A stretch of DNA of 51,979 nt. Source: Chloroflexota bacterium. GTDB taxonomy: Bacteria > Chloroflexota > Limnocylindria > P2-11E. The DNA lies in the NCBI GenBank assembly GCA_016875795.1, contig VGOU01000001.1, positions 1 through 51,979 on the forward strand, in the 5' to 3' direction. Within the stretch, counting starts at the first letter, position 1, and every line of letters begins with the position of its first letter. Under the pieces are notes generated by a model. It saw only the letters and a list, made by a program, of their open reading frames with translations. It searched no databases and was not told the origin of the DNA. Positions 12,826 through 20,911 of the stretch are shown one piece after another. The translations under genes and the position numbers were made by a program.

Positions 12826-14616
12826 CTGCGTGCGCTCGACCATCCCCTCGTCGCGGGTGCCGTCAGCGCCCTGATCACGGTCACCCTGTACCTCGCGACC
12901 GCGGCGCGCGACATCGTGGTCGGCGACCCGACCGAGTTCGTCATCGTGTCGCTCACCGGCGGGATCGCGCACCCGCCCGGCTACCCCCTCCTCAGCATTC
13001 TCGGCCGCGCCTTCGGCGCGTTGCCGCTCGATCCCGCACCGTTCCGCATCAGCCTCGTCTCCGTGGTGGCCGGCGCGGCGGCCACGGGGATCGTCGCGGT
13101 GACGGCGGTGCGTCTCGGCGCGGCGGGGCTGGCCGCGGTGAGCGGCGCCGTCGCCTTCGCGACCACCCCGGTGGTGTGGCGGTGGTCGGTCGTCCCGGAA
13201 GCGTTCGCGCTGAACGACCTCGTCGTCGCGGCGATCGCGCTCGCGCTCGTCGTGTGGCACCAGCGGCCCGCGAGCGCGACACCGGTGATCGCGGGGGGCC
13301 TGCTCGGTGGGCTCGCGCTGGCGAACCACCACACCGCCGCGCTCATCGCGCCGGCGGCAGCGGTAGCCCTCTGGCAGCAGCGTGGCGCGCTGGGAAGGAG
13401 ACCTGTCCTGATCGCCCTGGGGGCGCTCGCGTTCGCCGTCGGGCTTCTGCCGTACGCATACGTGTTCGCCGTCGCAGCAGCGCAACCCGCCTGGAGCTGG
13501 GGTCCCATGACGGGTGCCGCCGACCTGTGGCGGCTGGTCACGCGCGACGCGTACGGCGGCGCCCAGCTCGTCTCGGAGGCGGCCGTCGCCGGAGGGGATC
13601 CGCTGCGGCGCGTATGGCTCCTTCTCGTCTCGTACTGGCCCGCCGGGCTTGCGGTCATGGCGGGCCTCGCGGTCGCGTGGGAGCGCGAGCGGTGGTGGCT
13701 CGCGCGGACGGTGCCCGCGTTCGTGCTCGCCGGTCCCGCCTTCGTCGCGTACGCCAACATCGACCCGAACGGACCGGTGAACCGCGTGGTCCTCGAGCGG
13801 TTCTTCCTCCTCCCGCACACGCTCACCGCGCCGCTCGTGGCGCTCGGCCTCACCGGCCTCGCCGGCGCGGCCGCCGAGCGGCTGCGGCGACCGATGACCG
13901 CACCTGCCGTGCTCGGTGCCGCAGGGGCGCTGGTGCTCGTGCTGGCCGTGATGACGTATCCCCTGGTCGATCGACGCACCGACCGCGTCGCCCGCGGGTA
14001 CTCGCTCGACATCCTCGAGAGCGTCGAGCCCGGCACGATCCTGCTCACGAACGGCGACGACTCATCCACAGGGGTGGCGTACCTGCAGCTCGTGGAAGGC
14101 ACGCGGCGCGATGTGGTCCACGTCGCGGCACCGCTCCTGCGAGCCGACTGGTATACGCGCCAGCTGCGGGCGCGGCATCCCGGTCTCGCGATCCCGTTCG
14201 AGCGTCTCGGCATGGACGGCGACCTCCGCCGCCTCGTCGAGGCGAACCCGGATCGGACGTTCGCCGTCGTCGGCGGGCCCGTCGACGACAGCCTGCGCGA
14301 GAGCCACTGGCTCTACACGCGCGGCCTCGTGGCGATCCTCAGACCGCTACCCGCCGCGGGGAGCGTTGAGGATCTCGCGCGCGAGAACGACCGGGTGATG
14401 TTCCGCTACCGCATCCCGAGCGCGGCCGACGTCCGCGGGCGGCCGTGGGAGCAGGCGATCCTCAGTGACTACGCGTTCCCGGCGTTCCTCGTCGGTCAGC
14501 AGTACGACATCGCGCGGCAGTACGCGCAGGCACGCGCCTGGTACGCCCGCGCGATCGCGATCGACCCGCAGATGCAGCGCGCACGCGACGCGCTCGCCCG
14601 ACTCCCACGTACGTAG
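12826..14616 (+). CDS. DUF2723/TMEM260-like GT-C membrane glycosyltransferase with C-terminal TPR; start codon unresolved
   Basis: GDPTEFVIVSLTGGIAHPPGYPLLSILG motif, many TM helices and a TPR-like tail (QQYDIARQYAQARAWYARAIAIDP). The track starts at GTG 12916. However, the in-frame upstream codons encode the expected first TM helix (LVAGAVSALITVTLYLATAARD) with G/C third positions. The only near-cognate start there is CTG 12826. Confidence 0.75.
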   Translation: MRALDHPLVAGAVSALITVTLYLATAARDIVVGDPTEFVIVSLTGGIAHPPGYPLLSILGRAFGALPLDPAPFRISLVSVVAGAAATGIVAVTAVRLGAAGLAAVSGAVAFATTPVVWRWSVVPEAFALNDLVVAAIALALVVWHQRPASATPVIAGGLLGGLALANHHTAALIAPAAAVALWQQRGALGRRPVLIALGALAFAVGLLPYAYVFAVAAAQPAWSWGPMTGAADLWRLVTRDAYGGAQLVSEAAVAGGDPLRRVWLLLVSYWPAGLAVMAGLAVAWERERWWLARTVPAFVLAGPAFVAYANIDPNGPVNRVVLERFFLLPHTLTAPLVALGLTGLAGAAAERLRRPMTAPAVLGAAGALVLVLAVMTYPLVDRRTDRVARGYSLDILESVEPGTILLTNGDDSSTGVAYLQLVEGTRRDVVHVAAPLLRADWYTRQLRARHPGLAIPFERLGMDGDLRRLVEANPDRTFAVVGGPVDDSLRESHWLYTRGLVAILRPLPAAGSVEDLARENDRVMFRYRIPSAADVRGRPWEQAILSDYAFPAFLVGQQYDIARQYAQARAWYARAIAIDPQMQRARDALARLPRT

Positions 14617-14634
14617 GACGGCGACACCACTACC

Positions 14635-15204
14635 TCAGGTCCGAGAGCCCCAGCGGTCGTAGCTGACGACCTCGGCGCGCGCCTTGCGGCCTCGAGCTCT
14701 GGCACCCGGGCGCGGATCGCGGCGCGAAAGGGCTCTCCCGATCATCACTATCGAGCGGGCGGTGCGGTCCGCGGGGACCCCGAGGATCCGCTTCGCCGCG
14801 GTCTGGTGCTCCTCTGTCCCGAACCAGGCGACGCCGGCGCCAAGGCCGAGAGCGTTCGCGGCGGTGAGGATGCGCTCCGTGACGCGCCCCTCGTCGTAGG
14901 CCTCAGCGATCGGGCTGGCGCCACTCAGCACGATCGCGATCCCCAGCGGCGCGGTCGCGAGCCACTCGATCGGGGCCCGCAGTGCGCTCAGCCGGACAAG
15001 GCTGACCCTGTCCCGAACGACGATGAAGTGCCACGGCTGCGAGTTGACGGCGCTTCCTGTCCAGCGCGCGACGTCGAGGATCTGCTCGACGATCTCCGCG
15101 GGCACGGGGTCGGGCGCGTACTGACGGATCTGCCGCACACTGCGGAGCATCTGGACGATCCCCGATGGAGCGGGGGTGGTCGGCCCCCGGCCGCCTTCGG
15201 TCAC
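14635..15204 (-). CDS. nitroreductase-family protein
   Basis: SVRQIRQYAPDPVPAEIVEQILDVARWTGSAVNSQPWHFIVV is the nitroreductase N-terminal signature. GTG at 15204 forms a GTGA overlap with the wzm stop. An alternative ATG is at 15150. Confidence 0.85.
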   Translation of the reverse strand: MTEGGRGPTTPAPSGIVQMLRSVRQIRQYAPDPVPAEIVEQILDVARWTGSAVNSQPWHFIVVRDRVSLVRLSALRAPIEWLATAPLGIAIVLSGASPIAEAYDEGRVTERILTAANALGLGAGVAWFGTEEHQTAAKRILGVPADRTARSIVMIGRALSRRDPRPGARARGRKARAEVVSYDRWGSRT

Positions 15205-15977
15205 AGCCACTCCTCGAACGACCACTGCGCGCGCTGGAAGTACCGATAGCCGAGCGCGAACATCACTCCGCCGAATGCCAACGGCCATGCTAGGGATCCC
15301 CACTCGGGCGCCAGCCCGTCCAGGAGCACGCGCTGATACCCGACGATCACTCCCGTCATGGGGTTGACATGCAGCAGCGCGGCCTGCTCGGGGTCGCTGA
15401 CGATCGATACCGGGAACAGGACCGGCGTGAGGAAGTACCACGCCATCAGCAGGACCGAAAGGATGTGCTGGACGTCGCGGTAGAAGACGTTCAGGGCCGC
15501 CAGCAGGTACGCCAGACCGACGGACATCAGCGTCTGAACGGCCACGAGCGCCGGCAGGTAGATCAGACCCTGGGGATGTCGCGGCCCGAGCGCCGCCAGC
15601 ACGACGAAGAGCACCGCGAGACTGAGCAGGAAGTTCACCATGGCGGAAAGGACCGCGGACGCCGGGAGCAGCTCCATCGGCAGGCGTACCTTCTTCACGA
15701 TCGCCGCGTTCGCCACGATCGATGTCGCCCCGCCGGTGAGCGCGGTCGCGAAGTACGTCCACGGCAGCAGTCCGACGAACAGGAAGATCGCGTAGGCCTG
15801 CTCCCCCGTCGCGGTCCGGGGGCGAACACCGAACAGCACGCCGAACAGCACCCAGAAGACCGCGAGCTGAGCGAGCGGCATGACGAAGTGCCACGCGAAG
15901 CCGAGGGCAGAGCCCTTGTAGCGGGCGCGCAGGTCGCGGAGCGCGAGGTCGACGAGCAGTCCGCGACGCCGGATCAG
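15201..15977 (-). CDS. wzm: ABC-2 type polysaccharide exporter permease
   Basis: LLVDLALRDLRARYKGSALGFAWHFVMPLAQLAVFWVLF plus six TM helices. There is no ATG/GTG/TTG in the 30 in-frame codons I translated upstream. CTG at 15977..15975 overlaps the upstream TGA (CTGA). Confidence 0.8.
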   Translation of the reverse strand: MIRRRGLLVDLALRDLRARYKGSALGFAWHFVMPLAQLAVFWVLFGVLFGVRPRTATGEQAYAIFLFVGLLPWTYFATALTGGATSIVANAAIVKKVRLPMELLPASAVLSAMVNFLLSLAVLFVVLAALGPRHPQGLIYLPALVAVQTLMSVGLAYLLAALNVFYRDVQHILSVLLMAWYFLTPVLFPVSIVSDPEQAALLHVNPMTGVIVGYQRVLLDGLAPEWGSLAWPLAFGGVMFALGYRYFQRAQWSFEEWL

Positions 15978-17134
15978 CTCTCGAACGTCGTCGCCCCGCA
16001 GTCTCCGCGGAACTCGGTCGTGTCGAGGGTGTCCGACGAGTTCTCGTCCCAGAACGCGCTTGGGATCACCGTCGTCCCGCGACCGCCGACGACGAAGTTG
16101 ATCACGCCGCTCGCGTTCGTCGTCATGGTCGTGACGGTCGAGCCGGGAGTGCGGTCGACGGCCGATACGCCGTTCACGGTCCCTGTCCCGTTCGGGATAT
16201 ACGTCGTGACGGCGATGTCGATCGCCTGGGACGCGAGCGGCTGGCCCGTGGTCGGATCGCGGACGGTGAGCGCGAAGCTGCGGAACTGGCCACGCGGAAG
16301 GGTCGTGGCGTCCGTCGGGCTGCACGTGATGACGCGAGCGGGGACGACCCAGCGCACGGTCGTGCTCGTCTGCACGCCCTGCGTCGCGAACACGGAAGCG
16401 CTCGCGACCTCGCGGCCCGGGTTCGACCGCGTCCAGGTGAACGTCGCGACCCCGTTCGCGTCCGTGGTGGCGGTCAGATCGAGCGGGGCGTTGCCCGCCA
16501 CCTCCGTCCCGGAACGGATCGCCGCGTTCACCGTTGCGCCGACCGCCCGCGAGCCGTTCGAGCACGTCGCGGTGAAGCTCATGCTCGCCGTCAGTCCGAC
16601 CTGCACCTCGGCGAAGGCCGGCGCTCCGCCGATGCCGACGACGGACCCGCAGCTCGTCCCTGTCACACGGAGGTCGTGGTAGTAGCCCTCCTGGCGGATG
16701 GGGCGGCCGGTCGCCGCGATGACGAGATCGCCGCCGAAGCGGCGCACGCCGGCGGCGGCCGTGAGCGGCACGCGAACGTCGTACGTGAACGTCGCGATGC
16801 CGCCCGCCGCGACGGTCGACTGCGTGTGCGTCGCGTATCGGCTCGCGCTCTTCCACGTCCCGGGGTTGAACGTCGCTTCGGCCGGGTCCTGAGCGTCGCA
16901 CGTCACCTGGTCGTCGCGGCAAGCCGCGAGGTCCACCTGCGCATCCGTCCCGCGGACCCACGCCATCGTCCCGGTGTTCTGGAAGAAGACGGTGAACGAG
17001 CCGGTCTGTCCCGGAGCGAGGGTCAGGAAGGCGCTCTCGCCGGCGAAGGCGCTGTCGAACGCGGCCGCGGCTGCGGGTGACGCGACCGGCAGCGTGAAGG
17101 AGACGGAGAGGACGACCGCGAAGAGCGTCCGCAC
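15974..17134 (-). CDS. secreted multi-Ig-like-domain protein (NBR1 FW-like N-domain plus Big-like domains)
   Basis: Signal peptide MRTLFAVVLSVSFTLPVASPAAAAA. LAPGQTGSFTVFFQNTGTMAW is NBR1/FW-like. ATTDANGVATFTWT and TNASGVINFVV are Ig-like strands. Confidence 0.7.
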   Translation of the reverse strand: MRTLFAVVLSVSFTLPVASPAAAAAFDSAFAGESAFLTLAPGQTGSFTVFFQNTGTMAWVRGTDAQVDLAACRDDQVTCDAQDPAEATFNPGTWKSASRYATHTQSTVAAGGIATFTYDVRVPLTAAAGVRRFGGDLVIAATGRPIRQEGYYHDLRVTGTSCGSVVGIGGAPAFAEVQVGLTASMSFTATCSNGSRAVGATVNAAIRSGTEVAGNAPLDLTATTDANGVATFTWTRSNPGREVASASVFATQGVQTSTTVRWVVPARVITCSPTDATTLPRGQFRSFALTVRDPTTGQPLASQAIDIAVTTYIPNGTGTVNGVSAVDRTPGSTVTTMTTNASGVINFVVGGRGTTVIPSAFWDENSSDTLDTTEFRGDCGATTFES

Positions 17135-17161
17135 TACGGGCGGAATCCTATTCGCGGCCGG

Positions 17162-17812
17162 CTACGGCGAGCGGGCCGGCGAGGGCGAGGGAGCCGCCGT
17201 CGGGCTCGGCGTCGGCGCGGCCGGCGAGGGCGACGGCGCCGGGGCCGGCGAAGGCGTCGGCAAGACCGGGCAGCCGGCGCCACCGGGCTGGAGTCCGACC
17301 TCCATGAGCACCCCGACCACCTTCACGACCTTCCGCTCGAAGCCGGCGGCGCACAGCATCACCTCGGCGTCCTTGCCGGGGTGCGGCGCGATGATGACCT
17401 GACCGCTGTCGTTCCCCGTCGCGAGCGTCTTCGTCGCCGCGGTGCCCCACGCCTGCGGCGACCTCACGCGCTCTTCCTTCGTCTTCGTCTGGTCGTACGC
17501 GTAGATCGTCACGGAGAGCGCCTTCAGGCGGATCTCCTCGGCGACCGTCGGCGCGCTCGTGCGCAGGTACCCGAGCGCGTCCACCTGGTACTTCGAGGTG
17601 CGCGGGACGCTCGTGAGGACGAACTCGCCGTTCGCGTCCGTCGTGACCGCCCGCGACCCGTGGGTGATCCGCGCGTCCTTCACGGCGAGGTCGGTGAGGT
17701 CGTCGACGATGCGGGCGCGCGCGTCCGTCGTGTTCACGATGCCGCCGACGAGCAGGACGACGAGGAGCACGGCGAAGGAGGTGGCGATGAGGTAGCGGTG
17801 GCGGAGCGTCAC
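17162..17812 (-). CDS. membrane-anchored CarboxypepD_reg-like protein with Pro/Ser-rich C-terminal tail
   Basis: GTG at 17812 (GTGA overlap). TM helix YLIATSFAVLLVVLLVGGIV. AVTTDANGEFVLTSVPRTSKYQVDALGY is a carboxypeptidase-regulatory-like fold. The tail is PTPSPAPAPSPSPAAPTPSPTAAPSPSPARSP. Confidence 0.7.
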   Translation of the reverse strand: MTLRHRYLIATSFAVLLVVLLVGGIVNTTDARARIVDDLTDLAVKDARITHGSRAVTTDANGEFVLTSVPRTSKYQVDALGYLRTSAPTVAEEIRLKALSVTIYAYDQTKTKEERVRSPQAWGTAATKTLATGNDSGQVIIAPHPGKDAEVMLCAAGFERKVVKVVGVLMEVGLQPGGAGCPVLPTPSPAPAPSPSPAAPTPSPTAAPSPSPARSP

Positions 17813-18792
17813 TTCATTTGCTCCTCGAGGAAGGCGAGGACGCGCCGCTCCCACTCGGCCGGGTACATCGCGTACGCCTTCACGTGCCCGCAGTCGGGAG
17901 CGACCCATAGCTGCGTCGCGGGGTGCGCGCTCGCCGCCTTCATCTGCAGTGCATGGTGCACCGCCACGGTCGAGTCGCGCTCGCAGGCGATGAACAGGAA
18001 CGGCCGGTCGGTACGGGAGCGGACCTGCTCGACCGGCACCACGGTCGCGAGGTCGATGTCGAAGAAGATGCGGGCCATGAGGACCATGCCCGGCGTGAAC
18101 CACGACGGCAGGCCCGAGTACGAGGGACCGACCTCATCCACGAGCGGCACGGCGGCGGTGTACACGGAGTCGAGCACCATGGGGCCGACGTCCGGGACGA
18201 GCGGCAGCGCCATCGCGGCGCTCCCGGCGCCCATGGACTCCGCGACGACGGCGACGCGCGAGCGCGGCACGGCCGCCTTCTGCGCCGCGAGGTCCACCGC
18301 CGCGGCGATGTCGAGGGCCTCGTACCGGCCGAGGCCCCAGCGCAGCCCCTCGCTCTCCCCGTGGCCGCGCAGGTCGAAGAGGAGCGCGGAGTAGCCGCGC
18401 TCGAGGAGCGTGCGGGCGATGCGCCCCGTCGGGAACGAGCTGTCGATCCGCGTCTGGTCCTTGCCGTGGACGAGGACGACGGCGCGACCGCGCGGCGACG
18501 GGGCGGTGAACCACCAGCCGCGCAGAGTGACGCCGTCGTCCGCGCGGAAGCTCACGTCCTCGTGCGCCGGCGCCACGTACGCGGCCGTGCGCGCCGGCGC
18601 CTTCCGCTCGACCCGCGTGAGCGTGTCGGCGTACTTGAAGCAGATCCCGAGGTAGGCGACGAGGAGGACGGCGATCGCTGCCGCGGCGGCGCGGAGCGGT
18701 ACCGGGCGGACGAGCGAGCGCACGGCCGCCCGATCTCGGTCCAAGCCGGGGACTGACGGGCGCCCGGGAAGAGGCGGAGCGGCACTCGTCAT
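17809..18792 (-). CDS. membrane-anchored alpha/beta hydrolase
   Basis: VVLVHGKDQ, nucleophile elbow AESMGAG and a C-terminal His (DCGHV). TM helix AAAAAIAVLLVAYLGICF. ATG at 18792; the longest ORF starts at TTG 18864. Confidence 0.85.
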   Translation of the reverse strand: MTSAAPPLPGRPSVPGLDRDRAAVRSLVRPVPLRAAAAAIAVLLVAYLGICFKYADTLTRVERKAPARTAAYVAPAHEDVSFRADDGVTLRGWWFTAPSPRGRAVVLVHGKDQTRIDSSFPTGRIARTLLERGYSALLFDLRGHGESEGLRWGLGRYEALDIAAAVDLAAQKAAVPRSRVAVVAESMGAGSAAMALPLVPDVGPMVLDSVYTAAVPLVDEVGPSYSGLPSWFTPGMVLMARIFFDIDLATVVPVEQVRSRTDRPFLFIACERDSTVAVHHALQMKAASAHPATQLWVAPDCGHVKAYAMYPAEWERRVLAFLEEQMK

Positions 18793-18932
18793 CGGGGACG
18801 CCGAGTTTAGGCCATATCCCGCGGTCTCAGCGCGGTGTCGGCCGCCGAACGTGCTGCCACCCAACGCAGCGGAGGCGGTCGGTCGTTGGCCGGATGACGG
18901 GCGGACGAGACCGCTCCACTCAGGAGGTACCG

Positions 18933-19166
18933 ATGTTCACGAAGCTCCTTTCGCTGCTCATCGCCGGCCAGGGCGGCGGTCTGGCCGCCGCGACGATCGT
19001 CTCCGGCGCCACGACGGTCAGCGTCATGACCACCTCGCCCGAGCTCCAGGACACGCTCGCGCAGATCACGTCGCCCGGCAAGGCCGAGGAGCGCAAGCCG
19101 GCCGACGCGGGCAAGCCCGCCGACCGTCCCGGCGGCAGGCCGAGCGCCGTCCCCGGCAGGCCGTGA
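18933..19166 (+). CDS. small hypothetical exported/membrane protein (77 aa)
   Basis: ATG 18933 is preceded by AGGAGG (18922..18927). MFTKLLSLLIAGQGGGLAAATIVSGA is hydrophobic. The tail is Pro/Lys/Ala-rich. Confidence 0.5.
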   Translation: MFTKLLSLLIAGQGGGLAAATIVSGATTVSVMTTSPELQDTLAQITSPGKAEERKPADAGKPADRPGGRPSAVPGRP

Positions 19167-19199
19167 AGTAACCCCCCCATATCCCCCACCCCCAACGGG

Positions 19200-19224
19200 A
19201 CGCCCCGCCGATGAGGCGGGGCGT
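19200..19224. terminator. hairpin between convergent genes (possible bidirectional terminator)
   Basis: ACGCCCCGCC (19200..19209), loop GATGA, GGCGGGGCGT (19215..19224): a 10-bp perfect stem. It directly abuts the stop of 19225..20040 and lies 34 nt after the stop of 18933..19166. Confidence 0.55.
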
Positions 19225-20040
19225 TCACGTGCCCGAGAGCTCCGGGATCCCGAAGAGGTCCTCGAGAGAGGAGATGACGCGGTCAGGCGCGGCCTCACCA
19301 GCGGCGCTCCGGACGTCAGCGGCGGTCGTGAGCCCGGTGAGGACCAGGACTGCCGTGAATCCCGCTCGGTGCGCCGCCACCATGTCCGAGCCGAGGGAGT
19401 CGCCCACCACGATGACCGGTCCTTCGGACCGCGCGATGCGGGCCGCCGCGATGAAGAGATGGGGTTCCGGCTTCCCGACGCAGGTCGCTGCCCGGCCGGT
19501 CGCCGCCTCGATGGCGGCGACCATCGCGCCCGCGCCCGGCCACGACCTTCGCTGGTCCGGATAGGAGGAGTCACGATTGCCCGCCACGAGATCGGCGCCT
19601 GCCACGACCGCGAGCTGCGCCTCCGCGAGCGTCGCGTAGTCGAACTCGGGATCCAGTCCGACCACGACGACATCGGGCCGTGGCTGTTCCATGTCGGCTT
19701 CGGCGTCGCGGCTTCGCGGGCGCACGCTGAGCCCGCCGCTGCGTAGCTCGGCGCGGAACCCGTCCGTGCCGACAACGAGCACATCCCGAGGCGCGGGCCG
19801 ACGATCGCGGAGGTGATCGGCGGTCACCGAGGCGCCGGTGACGATCCTGTCTGATCCGATGGTGAGACCCAGACCCGACAGCCGGTCGCGATAGCCATCT
19901 CGCGTCCGGGTCGTCCCATTCGTGGCGAAGACCACCTCCCAGCCGCCGCGCCGAAGCCGGTCAAGGGTCGCGTGAACGTGCGGAAGCAGCGTGGGACCGA
20001 CGTGGATGACCCCGTCGAGGTCGAAGATGGCGATCGGCAC
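19225..20040 (-). CDS. HAD-IIA family sugar-phosphate phosphatase (NagD-like)
   Basis: AIFDLDGV (motif I), FATNGTT, VGKPEP and VVGDSLGSD (motif IV). GTG at 20040 lies 5 nt after the upstream stop. Confidence 0.85.
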   Translation of the reverse strand: MPIAIFDLDGVIHVGPTLLPHVHATLDRLRRGGWEVVFATNGTTRTRDGYRDRLSGLGLTIGSDRIVTGASVTADHLRDRRPAPRDVLVVGTDGFRAELRSGGLSVRPRSRDAEADMEQPRPDVVVVGLDPEFDYATLAEAQLAVVAGADLVAGNRDSSYPDQRRSWPGAGAMVAAIEAATGRAATCVGKPEPHLFIAAARIARSEGPVIVVGDSLGSDMVAAHRAGFTAVLVLTGLTTAADVRSAAGEAAPDRVISSLEDLFGIPELSGT

Positions 20041-20045
20041 TCGCT

Positions 20046-20909
20046 TCAGCTCGGGATCTCGAGCACGGTGGCACCCGGCGGTGCGCCGCCGCCGGATCGA
20101 GGCGCCAGGTCGACGAGCACCACTTCGGGACGGGCGGCGATGCGGATCGGGAACGTCGCGGAGAGGCCGCGGGTCACATAGGTGCGCACGCCAGCCACGA
20201 CCTGCGGCCCCGCGAGAGCGTCGAGCCTGCGGATCACGGGAGTCCACCATGCGGCAAGGCCGGGTATGCGGATCTGACCGCCGTGCGTGTGCCCGCAGAG
20301 CGCGAGGACGACTTCCGCTCCATCAAGGGGGCCGACGTGGTCCGGCGAGTGCGTGACGAGCACCGTCGGCAGGGGACGTGCCGGCCCCACGGCCGACCGG
20401 TCATGACCCACGCGCCAGCCCTGCCATGGAATGCCGTGAAGGAGGACGCCGCCGAGGTCGACGCTGCGATCGTCGAGGCACTCGATCCCCTGGCCCGCCA
20501 GCGCACCACGGATGAGCGACCCGTCGTTCCGCTTCAAGGGCCAGTGGACCCGCGATGACCGGTCGAGCTCGTGGTTCCCCGAGACGTACATCGCATGCAG
20601 CGGAGCGAGAGATGCCGCGAGGCCTCGGGCGACCGCTTCGACCTCGTCATCGCGCTCGATGAGGTCGCCGAGCAGGACCGCGGCGGTCGCGCCGTGCGCG
20701 ATGGACCACTCGGCCGCCTCGCGCAGCTTCTGAAGCGTCATGCGCGAGCCCTCGCGCAAATGGAGGTCACCGACGGCGAGCAGACGCACCGACCGGGGCA
20801 GCCCGGAGACGACGATCCGCAGGAACGTGCGTTCGACGCGACGCGGCTCGATCGCGAGGCCATAGATGGCGCCGGCCGCGGCGGCGGCGGCGAGGATGGA
20901 GAGGAGCAT
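20046..20909 (-). CDS. metallophosphoesterase (calcineurin-like), N-terminal TM helix
   Basis: AVGDLH, LLGDLI, SGNHE and CGHTHGGQ. Confidence 0.85.
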   Translation of the reverse strand: MLLSILAAAAAAGAIYGLAIEPRRVERTFLRIVVSGLPRSVRLLAVGDLHLREGSRMTLQKLREAAEWSIAHGATAAVLLGDLIERDDEVEAVARGLAASLAPLHAMYVSGNHELDRSSRVHWPLKRNDGSLIRGALAGQGIECLDDRSVDLGGVLLHGIPWQGWRVGHDRSAVGPARPLPTVLVTHSPDHVGPLDGAEVVLALCGHTHGGQIRIPGLAAWWTPVIRRLDALAGPQVVAGVRTYVTRGLSATFPIRIAARPEVVLVDLAPRSGGGAPPGATVLEIPS

Positions 20910-20911
20910 CG

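Noticed and set aside
15201-16961. 586-aa ORF taken as a long Wzm fusion.
   Set aside because: Everything upstream of about 15977 is Arg/Asp/Gly-rich and overlaps the well-supported Ig-like gene 15974..17134 in another frame.
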